Shown: piece by piece, positions 11,948 to 24,485 of the stretch | How positions within the stretch are numbered: the first letter of the stretch is position 1 | Layout: each line of letters begins with the position of its first letter | Assembly: GCA_964106645.2 (NCBI GenBank) | Contig: OZ067038.1 | Length of the DNA stretch: 64,000 nucleotides | Reading direction: 5' to 3' (one strand) | Origin: Podarcis pityusensis | Taxonomy: Eukaryota | Notes under the pieces: generated by a model | Told to the model about the DNA's origin: nothing | Database searches by the model: none | The model's input: only the letters and a program-made list of their open reading frames with translations | Translations under genes and position numbers: made by a program

Positions 11948-14900
11948 AATGTCAAAATATTTATATTATGTTCCAAACATTAACTTTTTACTATTGCTGG
12001 AGTTTTTTTGATTTTTATCAGATCTACATACACTGTGAGTGGCTTTTATTTGGCCTTTTCTGTGCCCATTCCCCCCCGCCCCGAGAACGGTAGGTTTGTC
12101 CTAGCAGTTAAAGCACCAAACACTATTTTGAGAATATTGTGCTTGTTAGAATGTTAACCCATGGGTGCTGAATTCTGGCTGTGGTATATCAAATGTAGGG
12201 CATGTTTCATAATATTTACTGTAACTGTAGATTTATATAAGGGCTGCTTGTGAGAAGGAATTACAGTATAACCCTCTACATACTTTCACTGTATTCAGCG
12301 GGGCTTGGTCCCAGGTAAGTGTGTCTTGGATGGTAACCTTAGTGTCCAAACAGAACCTAGCAGAACCATTGAAAGTGTTCTTTCTATATAGCAGTATTTT
12401 TAAATACCCACATCCTGTCTTTTGAATAGGGCCCTAAATAATATGCCCAAAAGAAGAGGTGGAAATTCTAATTGGAAATATCGTATGTTCTGAGAGTAAC
12501 CTCTATCTCATCTCGGATATGTTAGGTCCAAGAAGGAGGTGGTTTGGAAAACAGTTAAAACTTGGATATATGGAAACTTGAGGTTTCAGTGTAGGTGTTC
12601 TGCTATGAAAAGGAATTTACAGATGGCCTCTTGAGGTGCTCCCCGATGTACATCCTGCTCCAAACAGCTGATAGGTGGGATTTTAGGTTTTTTTAAAAAG
12701 GGTTAAGCAAGTAAAGCCTCAACTTTTACATCAGGGAGATGAATTGCACTTGCAGCACCTTCTTTCTATGAGTGATTTCCATATCCAGTTAGGTATATGG
12801 ATGTGAACCTCTGCTGGTATATGTATGTGATCCTAGGCATTTTGGGGGCAAGGAATTGAAGCACTGCTGACCCACAATCTATATGTTTGGGATACCAGTT
12901 GTTTCTAATTCAGACAAGAAATTCTAAGCCCCCCTCCCTGCCCCCCTCACAGGGTGTGCCTCTCCTTTCAGGTACCTCTTCCTGGGCTTTTCACTAACCC
13001 AGTCCTAACTCCTGACTCACTATGACACACCGACAACCACTGCGACTTGCTCTTTTTCTCTAGCTGATATGGGGTTGGGCCTCTCAGGAAAGGCAGCCCT
13101 TCTTCCTCATTGCTGCTAGTTGTTGTTTCTTTGGAGCAAACCACAGCCTCACCCTCTCAGTGCCACCTGCGTGGCTGAAAACGACTTACAACAACAAACA
13201 ACACATGCATTAAAACCAGCCAAGACATAGTAAAATCTAAAACTCATTCATATTTTAAAAAGGAGGGTCAAAAACATTCCATCCCACAAAGGGTTAAAAT
13301 ATTGCCTTCAGGTTTTTTTTGGGGGGGGGGAAGCCGCTTCTCTTTATCCCCGCCACCCCTAAAAAAGAAATACAAAAGAAACATGGTTTACTATAGTATC
13401 TAGAGCTGACTTTCTCAGCCTTGGGTCCCCAGATGTTCTTGAACTACAGTGTGCATCATCTCTGACCACTGGCCTTGCTGGCTAGGGATGATGGGAGTTG
13501 TAGTCCCTGGGGAGCCAAAGTTGAGAAAGACTGATCTAGGGAACTTGCCAAGGTAGTGCATTTACAGAAAATACACATGGTGAATGCTGCCATCAGCTGG
13601 TGGTTCTTTTTCAGTGCATAGTTCAGCTAATCATTGCAGGTTGGTTGTTTCATTTATTATGCTCACACATCAGAGACAGATCCTAATGGGCATAAAACAG
13701 TATTTTTAAACCAGCAGATGGGCACATTAATTTTCCTAGAATATTTTTTAAAATGAAATATAGCATGCAGTAGTTAAGGCATTTCAGCAGGAAATCTATA
13801 ATTCACTAAGAAGCATTCCTGACAAACCCTCTTCCACAGTTCAGTGGTTTATACTTGCAGATAAATGACTAAGTTGGGTGTGTTGAGGAAGAAGTGAAAC
13901 CTGGAACTTTAATGTGAGTTTTTGAAAGAAGATTTGACAATGTTGACACACTGGAGTTTAGCTAAGCACTAATCAGCTCAGCAATGAGTTGCTCTTAACC
14001 CCACCTCCTCATGCAAACAGCACCAAATATTTTTAAAATGCAGTCAGCTTCCTGTTCTATACCTACAAGTGCTTTTGTGCATTATTGTGTAATGAGAGAT
14101 ACAATATTTTTCTCCTAAAATCAGCATATTTGTCTGTTACTAGCTCTCTCGCCTGCCCATGAAATCTTGAGTTGTGCAGGTGGAAATAAGTTTATATAGA
14201 AAGTTATAGGAAGGATCCACCATTAAAACATAAAGCAACATTAGATTTTTTTAAAAGGCACATAAAAGTAGACGGTGCATGCGATTAAATGAAAAATACA
14301 ACCTATTGCCTAACAAAATCAAGTTAAAGTGCAAGCCAAAGTACAGACCTCAGGGTATAAGCTATGTCCAGATGGTGTGCGCAGAATGTAGGGGAAGGTG
14401 GGAAATCCACTTCCGTAAAGGGAAACTTCTTGAACTCTAAAGGAACGAGTTGACAGCACTATCTCAAAGTTAGATAATCTGCCTGTCACTGCAATAGTGG
14501 ATGAATAAGAATTGATCACTTGCATGCTGAAGGTGTGTTCTTGTTTCTTGTTGGAAATCTAGAATGACTTCACTGGACACAGTGCAAAAATATTTTCTTA
14601 AGTTCTCCAAATGAATGTAGCAGCATTTGAAGAGGGCATGTGAGGAAACTTAAGCCTATTGGTCTTCTTCTAGATGACATGCCCCCTTCTCCAGAACTGT
14701 GGAAGACACGTTGCTCTGCTGCATCCAAAAGACTGCCATATTGAGAGGACATGGTTTCCATTTGATTTTTAGATCCCAGTTGGTGCTGATAAAGTGCTTG
14801 TTAGGTAGTGTGGAGGAAGGCATAACACTACTTTCCAGAGTTTTAAAAACCATGAGTAGGGTGTGCGAGAGGGAAGATTGCAGTGCAGATAAACACCCAT

Positions 14901-16460
14901 GTTGCCTCATGAAATCAGGCAGTGGTCTTTCCCAAGAGTGCTGGGCCCTGGGCATGCCAGTTCTTTTTATACTGAAAGCCAAAATGTAGGTTGTGTCTGT
15001 TGTTGTTAATAATGGATGTGTCCATTATTAAAAACCCACTCCAGGTTTTCTCCCAAGTCCCCAACCCCCAATTTCAGAAGCCTAATTTAGATTCCCTTCC
15101 ACCAGTTATATTTAGTGTTGCTATTGTTAAAGCAATTAGGAGTATTGCATTAGTCTTGCCATTCTGCTGCCATTTGCCTGGAGATCTTCTAGTTGATCTG
15201 AAATTACCTTCTGCATGCGCTGGAATTTCTGCAGCATTTGATTATCAGCCAGTTGATAAACATATGTATGAAATGGCAGCACCATCTTGTGCATTAAATG
15301 TAGGTCTGCAGTTAAAAGAGTTACAACCAGAGATAAGCCACTGTGTTACAAGAAGCACTAAAAAGCAAAGTGTGTGAATCACGTGACTCTGTTATTTTTG
15401 GCACTTTTGTGACATGTGAAACTAGCCAGATTGACTGTTGAAGACCTCAGTATGTAGCTTAGCTTGCTCATGCTAAATTGTCTTCAACACTTCAGAAAAC
15501 TAGATCTTTTCTGCTAGGCAGGGGCAGCATGACAAGAGTTTCGCACAATATTTTGACTGGGACATTTTTTGAATGGTCAAGTAGCACAACACAATTGAAA
15601 ACCAACCTACTGCTCTGATATTGCACCTAGAAATGAGACGTATTCCAGCTAATTTAGGTTTCTTAGTATGTTTGGTTGAAAGCCTGACACCAAGTAAACA
15701 TCTGAGAAAGGAGATGGAAGAGAAGAAAATCTTGACGTAACCAATCCAGATGGTACAACCCCCAAGTGTGGCATATGATGTTAAAGAAAAATAAAAGCCG
15801 CAATGTAACTTGTAGGAGAATATGGATTCCCAGACCAGCATAATTTTTATTCTTGTGACATTTGTGGTTATTTCACAGGAATGCTGTGACTCCAAAAAGA
15901 ATTGGACCCTGATTTCTTTTGGTTTGTATCTCAGCCATATTTAGGATGCAGAAATGTCTTTGTGACGCTGAACCAAGGTCACTTATAAAGAATGGGTTTA
16001 ATATATCGGGAAGCCTGTTTTTAGGAATCAGTAAAGCTGGCTTGGGTATCTTCTTTCTCTGTAGGCAGACAGGTACTGCTGCCACGAGTAATGCTGCTGT
16101 CTCTCCTGGCTCCTCAGCACTTTTTTTTTTGTAGTATGTAAACTCCCTCCTTGTCCTCCAGAAGGTTGCACAGACTCTAATTATGTATGCATGACCTATC
16201 TTATGCATATTAATTGTGTTACGCTTCTCCTCTGCAGAAGGGAGACCTGCCCACGACTGAAGTGTAACTAATGATGCGAACCCTTCTTTTGGAAGTGTGT
16301 GATTGTTTCTCCGTCCTCCCATGTGTGGACAACCCTCCTAGACCTCTTTCCCCTCTAGCTCTGTGTGTGTTTTGTATTTAGTTTTTGCTAACCTGGTTCC
16401 TGTCTCTGGTTTTTTGGGTGTTGCTGTCTGTGCCGTCGCCATGTGTTCGCTTGCATGCAG

Positions 16461-16589
16461 TTGCGGAAAGGTCCTCCCGTGCCGCCACCTCCAAAACTCA
16501 CTCCGTCCAAGGAGATGAAGCAGGAGAACATCATCAACCTGTTTGATGACAATTTTGTCCCAGAGATCAGTGTGACAACCCCCTCACAG
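16461..16589 (+). CDS. BIN1: BIN1 exon 13 (12A, CLAP), [43 protein letters not shown]
   Basis: Acceptor atgcag, donor CAG|gttagc, 129 nt, phase 0-0. It carries an RxxPxxP SH3 ligand and the FxDxF AP-2 motif (FDDNF). Confidence 0.97.
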
Positions 16590-17855
16590 GTTAGCTTCTC
16601 CTTCTTCCCTGCCCTCCCTTGTCCCTTCCTCTATCCGCTTCACCTTCACCTAATATTTTTTTTTGGTCCTTTCCTTATTAGAGGTGTCAGGCCATGAAAA
16701 CTGCTCAGTGCATGAATGTATGGGGGGGCCAATGTGATTTGAAATGGGCAAAAGGGCCAGTGAGTTTTCCCACCATATCTTATCGGCTCAGAAACTGTGT
16801 CTGAGGTAAATGGAGGCAGAATACGTGGAGAGGTTCCATCATTTTCCAATGTCTTTCATCAAGGCCATGGAGATCAAACCTATTTCTCCCCAGCTAAATA
16901 GGAGAGTGAGGCAGGAAGGCATTATTGTTTCAGGACATTGGGTACCCACCCACCCACCCACTCATGTGAAGTGGTCCCAGTTCTGCAGCCAAGTGGAGGA
17001 AATGTGGTTTGGATCAAGGGCATCCATCCCCATCCTTTAGAACAAAATTTCCTCCTGAGGCCCACATTCCTTTCTGGGGAGCTTTTTGGGGGGCCTGGGC
17101 AAAAGTGGGTGGAGAACAGAATCTAGGGTAAAGTTTAGAAGCTCTGCCCACATTATTTTTCTTAGAGTGAGGAGGAATTGGATGGGGTCTGGATGGGGCC
17201 CCCTTGATAATTGGGTACTAGCATGGTCACCCTGGCTCATACCTTACTTCCCCTCACATGGCTGGGGCATTAAGAATTGTGAGATTCTTAAATATATGAA
17301 TGTGGACTGTGCCTCACAGTGGTAACTTGAAATACCTGTGTGGTTTTAGCTGCCTCCAAGAAAAAAGTGCTTTTTTTCCTTATTGATAAGAATTTGAGAG
17401 ACAAATGGGTTTTGTGTTAGTGACTTTGGATGCTTTCATGCATCAACCCTAGACAGGTCATTCTTGGCCCTGGGCCTGCACTTAATATTTTTTAAAGTCA
17501 CTAGCATCTGCCACCTCTTCAGAGTCTCATGGCCTCTCAAGCTACTATTGTAAAGCTTGAGAAACTGATTGAAAACAAAATATTCTGTTGTAGCTAATTG
17601 CCTGAGGTAGTGACTAGGCAAATGGATGATATCCACCACATTGTCCCTTCCCAGGGATGATTTAATTCTAGCCCTTGTGAGGGAAGAAGGAAAAAACCAG
17701 CCTGATCAGTTTTCTGGCCACAATCTTACAACTTGCATCATCATCATCATCATCAACAACAACATTGTGATGTATAATTTTTTTCCATTATTCATAAAAA
17801 AATGACACCTCTAGCAGTTCTGTTTCCTGATTCCGCTCTTCCTTCCCTACCTCAG

Positions 17856-17909
17856 CGCGGTGGCCTGCGGCTTTTACCTCTTCCTCCTGTTCGACGGCCG
17901 AAACATTGC
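17856..17909 (+). CDS. Candidate additional BIN1 cassette exon, RGGLRLLPLPPVRRPKHC
   Basis: Branch-like cctgat, long pyrimidine tract and cag acceptor; donor TGC|gtgagg. It is 54 nt, phase 0-0 and open, with six CpGs in a CpG-poor intron. No transcript evidence is available. Confidence 0.6.
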
Positions 17910-20900
17910 GTGAGGGGCCTGGAGTTGGGAGAAAAGGCAAGTGTAGGCCACAAGTTACAAGGGTTGTGGGATTACCTCACAGTTGTGGGGATACAGGTCA
18001 TAGTTCTACAACAGATTAGGATTCCTTATTGAGGGTGGGGAGCAAAGGAAGATATTAAGCTGCCACTTAGCTAGCTTTAAACCTGATTTTTTTTAAAATA
18101 AATAAATAAATAAAAAGTAGGTCTTTGTCATTGCCAGAAACATTTATTGGAATGTTCTGAAACAAATTAACACAGAAATGAGCACCAAGTGTGGATTTCT
18201 GTCTGGCCATTTAGTAGCAACCATACATATATGGGCCAGTTCAAGTAGAACAGGGTGTGGAGCTCTTTGGAAGTGATGGGAGTTGGAGTCCAAAAACATC
18301 TGAAGGGCTTCTGGTTCCTCACCCCTGCAAGGGTGGAAACAAAAAGCAACAGATTGCAACATCTCTCTCCATCAGGACTTGATTTTAGAAGGTAAGGGGA
18401 ATGTTTATGTGTGGAAATCTCTTGAGAGATGACCAAAGGGAAGGTTCAGAAGTAAAGGAACTACAAGGGAAAAAAGAGGACCCTGTAGGGGAAAAAAAAG
18501 GCTTGTAGTACAAAATAAAAGAGGTTGTTGGGAGTAGTGTGTGGGAGTAGTGATTTGTTTACATTTGAGAGAGAGAAATAAATGAGCCTGTCTAGGAGAT
18601 CTTAGACTAAGGGACTTTTGGAAGAATGCCTGTGGAAAAACACCTGTAGAAAAATGTTATGTGAAAATGCAAAATCAATGATGAGCACAAGGTAGAATTA
18701 GTCTCACCCTGAGGTACTGCGAGATTATTGTTTCATGTGGCAGATTCTGAACAGCATTAGAGGCTATCCAAATTGTTCTTAATTTAGTATAATTTTAATG
18801 AGGTGGGAGAATGGAATTTGAAGCAGAAAATTCTTAAATGCGCTGCTAGCCATGCAAAAAGGATTTCACCACCTGTTAGTGGCACTTTTCTTTCTTTCTC
18901 AAAATCCTGATATGTAGGCGGTGTGGTTTTAAAGAGGTTAATTGTTAGTAACATGCAATTGGCCGAATTTATAGCTTCAGTGAAACGTACCAACAAGCAT
19001 TGCCTTTTCTTTTTGATTTTTCTTCCTAAAGATGAGAGCTCAGAGATAACAGTGGATACCATGGGGAGCTAGGAAGGAGAGCAGAGGCTTTGCATTAATG
19101 GGGAAGCAGAGACTAAAAGTGAGAAGAGTTGCACTTTGTAGAGTCTTTTGGTCAAGGGAACCAAGGAGCTGCCTTCAGTGTAGGAATTCTGTCTGTATAT
19201 GCCCCGTTCATTTTGTTATCTGAGAAAGCCGTGGGCCACTGAGCAACCTCCCATCCTTGTCCACACCTATCTTTTCCTTGTAGCATGCCTCAACAACTCT
19301 TACACCATGTTTTATATCATACGTTTCTGTGTAAAAACACTTGCCTAAACAGAGCATTCAGCTTGGGACGCATCCAGCATGGAGGACACCTGGCATGTAC
19401 AGGTTTCAAATGGATGGGTTTGAGTCCTAGAACAGAAACCATAGGGAAAAACCTATGATCAATGTATTTCATGTACCATATGTGATTTTTTTCTGTGTGT
19501 GTTGGGCTAATTATTTGGGAGGAGAGGGAGGGCAAGCTAACAAGAAAGAGGAACCCTCGGCACATGGTGCAGGTAACTCTGGGGTGACAGGTAAGCTTCT
19601 AGCATGGCTATACCCTTTTGACCTGAATTGGTTTTTAGTCAGGCACAGAAAATGAATACCTAGAAGGTCTTGCTTCAGTGGTAACCTACATAAGAAATAC
19701 TTAGGTGATCTGCTGTGAGTATTGTGTAACCTTTTAAAATCTAAATTTATTGGAGTTGAGATTATGAGACAGAAAACCGCCTTCATTGAAAGCTTGTTCT
19801 GATATTGGTAGGAACTAGTGAATGACACAAAAAAGTTAAAGTTGAAATATAAATTGCTGCTGCTTGGAAACTGTGTGGAAAAGAATGTGCTAGAAGTTTC
19901 TCTCTTGAAAGTATGTGGATATATCAAACTGATAAAGGGTTTTGCTTTGAAACAGCAGCAATATAGTTTTCCTCAGTTGGTGCATTTACGTTAGTTTTCA
20001 CCAGATATCCTAATAATTCAGAAATGTTTACTGCTGTGCCTTGGTTTGGTTTAGAAAGGTTACATTGCATTACTTTGCCTTAGGACCAGAAGAACTATCA
20101 GAGAAGTTGCTGAAATATTTGGACAGAGCTCCTTTCAGAAACAGCAAGCTGGGAAAAAAGGGGTGCCTTGTAAATCATCTTTTTAGGAATATGGACATTA
20201 GTCAAAATTTGAATGCTGCCACTGATGTTCTAATTTGCAACCCCAATAGAATTGCTTCTAGTTAATAAGATAACCTCCTGACTAAAAAGGGACCTTTTGG
20301 CTAGATATATAACTTGAAATGTATATAATAGAGAACTGGAATAATTTATTAATATTGGAAATAACGTCCGAATATGGAAAGCATTAGAATATGGGCAGGG
20401 GAAACAGATTGCAAAAGCTAAGATCTTAAACAAGGAATCTACTGTGTTTCTGACTATGATGATACAGATTTGCTGCTGTGAGGATCATAGAGAGGCTTCC
20501 ACTGAAAATGCTGTGCACATCATACATAGTTTCATTCTTTTAAGAAGTGCCTAAAGCAGTGGCCTAGCTGTGCTGAAAGTTGCATGTGGAAGTATCTTGG
20601 GTAGGATTTAGGGACCCTGTTTGGAAAGATCACAAGTGATAGTGACCTCAAGAAGACCCCTGATAAATATGATGGATGGTAACATGAAAACTGCTCAGGC
20701 TCTGTAGAATACTGATGCTTTGTTTTCACGGCTGCGTTTCTGCAAAAGTGTTGAGCGTACTGTGGCCACTGGGCACATGTGAGCAGTCATTGCTTGTACC
20801 ATAGAGTTGTATGCATCTTTTTTTGCACCTTCAGCTCCTGGGTAACACCTTCTGCATACCAGCCTGCATCCTATACCTGACTAACACGCAATACTGCTTT

Positions 20901-20919
20901 TCTTCCTTAATGCTGCAAG

Positions 20920-21030
20920 TTTGATGCCCCTGGGCCCTTCCAGGAGGGAGCCAGCCTGTTGGATTTTGATTTTGATCCCATTAAACCTGATAACAGCCCT
21001 GTAGGGAAGTCGCCTACGCCTGCTGCCCAG
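20920..21030 (+). CDS. BIN1: BIN1 exon 14 (CLAP), [37 protein letters not shown]
   Basis: Branch point ctgactaac, acceptor gcaag, donor CAG|gttggt, 111 nt, phase 0-0. Contains the clathrin box LLDFD. Confidence 0.93.
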
Positions 21031-22350
21031 GTTGGTTTACTGCTGCCATTCCTTCATGAAATGTTAGACAATATAGACCTCATCAGTCATGATGGGGATG
21101 GGTGTGTATGTATGTATTCATAGCAACAGAAGTACATGTGGAGACTTACAAAATGTATCTACAGAGTCTCACATGACTCTTCCTGATGATTTGCATTAAT
21201 AACAGTAGCTTATGCTTTTTTTAGGTGTTTCATGTACACTAACTTGATAATTCTTAGAATAATCTTGTAGAGCAGACCAGTGTTGTTTATACTACACTGC
21301 TGATCAGGGAGCTGAGACTTGGAGAGATTGACTTGCCTAAGACCATCTAGGAGTCCATGACTGAGTTGAGATTTGAACCACAGATTTCCTGCAATCAGTT
21401 ATGAGTCAACCTTGGTAGGCTTCTCGTTGCCTTGTTGCCATTATTATTATTATTTCAACTGGGAAAGTAATCTGTGGATTCTGTACACATAATACATAAT
21501 ATCCAGTAGGTAACTGCATTCTGCAGCTGAGTTTCTCCTTCAGGTACCTAGCGTATCAGAAGTCTTCTCCACAGTAACTTGCCACAGAGCTTTCAGTGTG
21601 GCTTCTCCTCTTCTACTTTCTAAAAAAACAACTGAATACATTTTTTGTTTTGATGAATTTTTCCAGCTGGATGTAAAAAGGTCTCCTTTCATATTGTTTT
21701 TAAACCAATCTGCACCTGGATTTTTGTAGTGTTCTAAAAACTAATTTTTAGCTGTTTTACGGTATATTTGTAAATTGCCTCGAGATGCATGCAAAAGGCA
21801 ATTAATTAATTTAATCAATGGCTCTCCTACAGCGCATTATCTGCTGAGCCTGTTTAGCTTCACAGGAATCCACCCTCATCTGGCAGATGCAGAAATTGTG
21901 ACGTAGTGAGATGAAAATTGGCCATCTCGTGCAGTGTAAATTAGTAGCAGCTAGATTAAAGAACATGAGGGATGAAATGGATAATTCAAAATATCACACA
22001 ATAAGCTTGCATTAATGTCAATGAATGGCATATTATTAAATGTGGTATCCAGTGCTGGACCTGAGCGGGAGGCAGTTTATGGTGTGTTACTCTCCTCTTC
22101 GAATCCCTTCCAGAGCAGGGATTTTTGTGTGTTTCAGCATGTGTGTATGTTACTGATAGTGTAGGAGGCTCCTACAGGGAGAGCGAGGGTCATTGAAAAT
22201 TGCCTCCCTCTCTCTTCCACTGATGGATATCTTTGTTGGAGGAATCCTCTGGGTGGTACAAGGAGACTTTGTATGTTTGCACTTTCTGTGTTGGCTGAAT
22301 TAATGATGTCTCAATGTGTTTTTATTCCTGTTGCTCTTTGCTATGCTTAG

Positions 22351-22374
22351 TCTTTGCCTTGGGATTTATGGGAG
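22351..22374 (+). CDS. BIN1: BIN1 exon 15 microexon, SLPWDLWE (clathrin W-box)
   Basis: Acceptor gcttag, donor GAG|gtaaga, 24 nt. Contains the PWDLW motif. Confidence 0.95.
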
Positions 22375-24106
22375 GTAAGATTTCTATTAATATAGCTTTC
22401 AGTGCAATAAATTCTACCATGTGGTGCTTGGCATGTGTGAGTACTTCCTTCTGTCACTATCATGCAAAGATGATTATTCTTGTCTTGACCTTCCGTTCTC
22501 ATCCTCTTCAGTGCTATGAACTAAAGTGGTGTGGTACAGTTGCAACCTCTTCTGCCCTTTGTCTGTCACGCTGAGAAGAAGTCTTCATCCCCTGTGCTTT
22601 GATATTGCCTATTATTAATGGCATTGACTGAAGCACAAACCTTCTTGCTGCAATAATTGTAGACCTTGCTGCTACTTTTTACCTTGTCAAAAAACAAACA
22701 AACCCCTGCATGCCATTTCCTACCTCTCGATTGTGTAGTATGTATACTTCTCAACTACCACCAAACAATTCCTTATTCTATACATATATTTAGTATAATG
22801 CTGTGCTTGCTGATTTGCTGCCGTGGTTCACTAATAACAGAGATTGGAGATCTCTCCAGTACTGCTGGAGAAACGAACCTTTCCTCCTTTCTTATTATGC
22901 TGCCAGATATTACGCTGTAATAAATCAGTTTAAAAAGCCAATGGCTTGTAGTTTCCAGACTTTCTTCATAACATTTTGGGCATGTTGAGATATATAGCTT
23001 TGCTTGAGTCCACCTGCTAGCAAGTAACCTTTATTCTTTGCTTTTGTGCATTTCCTGTTGTCTTTATTAATTCTATATCTTCACAGGAGGATACTTCTTA
23101 TGTTCTAAGTTAAAATTTAAGTTTACTCATTTGGCTTACGTTATCTGCCATCAGATGTCTTTTGAGGTGTGATTGGCCTTTAAACAGAATTGGCCTACAC
23201 TGGTTTCCCATTGTAAATTCATCAAATTGTCTCAAGAAGTTGACTCCCTTGTCTTTCCTGACCCAAGAACCTTCACTATTACTTCTTCCTAAGCATTTTC
23301 TCTGCTGTTTTCCCTCCTCCCTTTCCTCCTCATATAAAGGTTTAGTGAATAGATTGTGTCCTCAGGATAGGTAGCCATTAGATTTAGATCAACCACCCCA
23401 GAAAAATGGTGCGCTGGGGAAACAAGCACCATATTTCTTCAAACAAATGTGTATGAATCCCCCCGCCTTCCATTATTTTCCTTGCTATTTTTCCTCATTG
23501 AAAATATATATTATCACACAGCAGGGTTTAACTGCACCAAAACATATAGCAGTCCAGTGAGTAAAGAATTGCTAGCTCAACCACCAAATTATCTGATTTA
23601 AATCTAAACATCATTGAGTACTGCATTACCAAAACTTCAGTGTAGGGAAGTGCAAGTTGACTCATTTCATTCTGTATAAAAGCAACACAGAGAAGCTAGA
23701 TAGCCCCCCAAATAAAGAAGTATGACAAGTCTCACCTTAGTTAAAATTTCTCAACAGAAGTTCTGGCTACTGATTCAGTAGCTTGCCACCCTAGTTAAAA
23801 AGCTTACTAAGCCTGACAGAAGGCATTGTTGTTCAAAATGTATTGTCAATAAAGCCAACTATTAAAGGCAGGAAGTGAGAAAAAGAATTGTAAGCTACTT
23901 GTGTGGGGTACTGTGGCCTGGCACCTTTCTGTGCAGTTGAGAGGAGCCCGATCAGATGAGAGATTGCAGTGGACTACCCATGTAGCTGTGCCTCAGCAAC
24001 TGTGGTTGTTGAATGGAAAGCCAGTATGCTGTGGCCTCTCTTACACAGTCATAGTGTATGTACAACTACTCCAGAAAAATGGTGCAATGTGGAAACAAGC
24101 ACCATA

Positions 24107-24485
24107 CAGTGGTGCCCCGCAAGACGAATGCCTCGCAAGACGGAAAACCCGCTAGACGAAAGGGTTTTCCGTTTTGGAGGTGCTTCGCAAAACAAATTTC
24201 CTATGTGCTTGCTTCGCAAGACGAAAATGTCTTGCGAGTTCCTGCGGGGTTTTTTTCCTCCCCCCCCTTTTTCCCAAGCCGCTAAACCGCTTATCAGCTG
24301 ATCGTTAAGCCGCTTAACAGCTGATCGCTAAGGCGCTTATCAGCTGATCCGCTAAGCCCGCTAAGCCGCTAATACTGTAGCGCTAATCCGCTAAACCGCT
24401 AATGGGCTTGCTTCGCAAGACGAAAAAACCCGCAAGATGAAGAGACTCGCGGAACGGATTCTTTTCGTCTTGCGAGGCACCACTG
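24107..24485. mobile_element. Tigger/mariner-like MITE, relatively young
   Basis: TIRs cagtggtgccccgcaagacg / cgtcttgcgaggcaccactg with TA TSD. CpGs are retained and there are internal ccgctaa repeats. An empty-site paralog lies at 23390-23451. Confidence 0.9.

Noticed and set aside
16065-16087. Acceptor-like ctctgtag with nearby gtact/gtaatg
   Set aside because: The resulting 8- or 23-nt segments are not frame-preserving and the donors are weak.
24275-24402. Short ccgctaa/cagctgatc repeats as a CRISPR-like array
   Set aside because: They are irregular internal repeats of a TA-flanked MITE, with no spacers, in a eukaryotic context.
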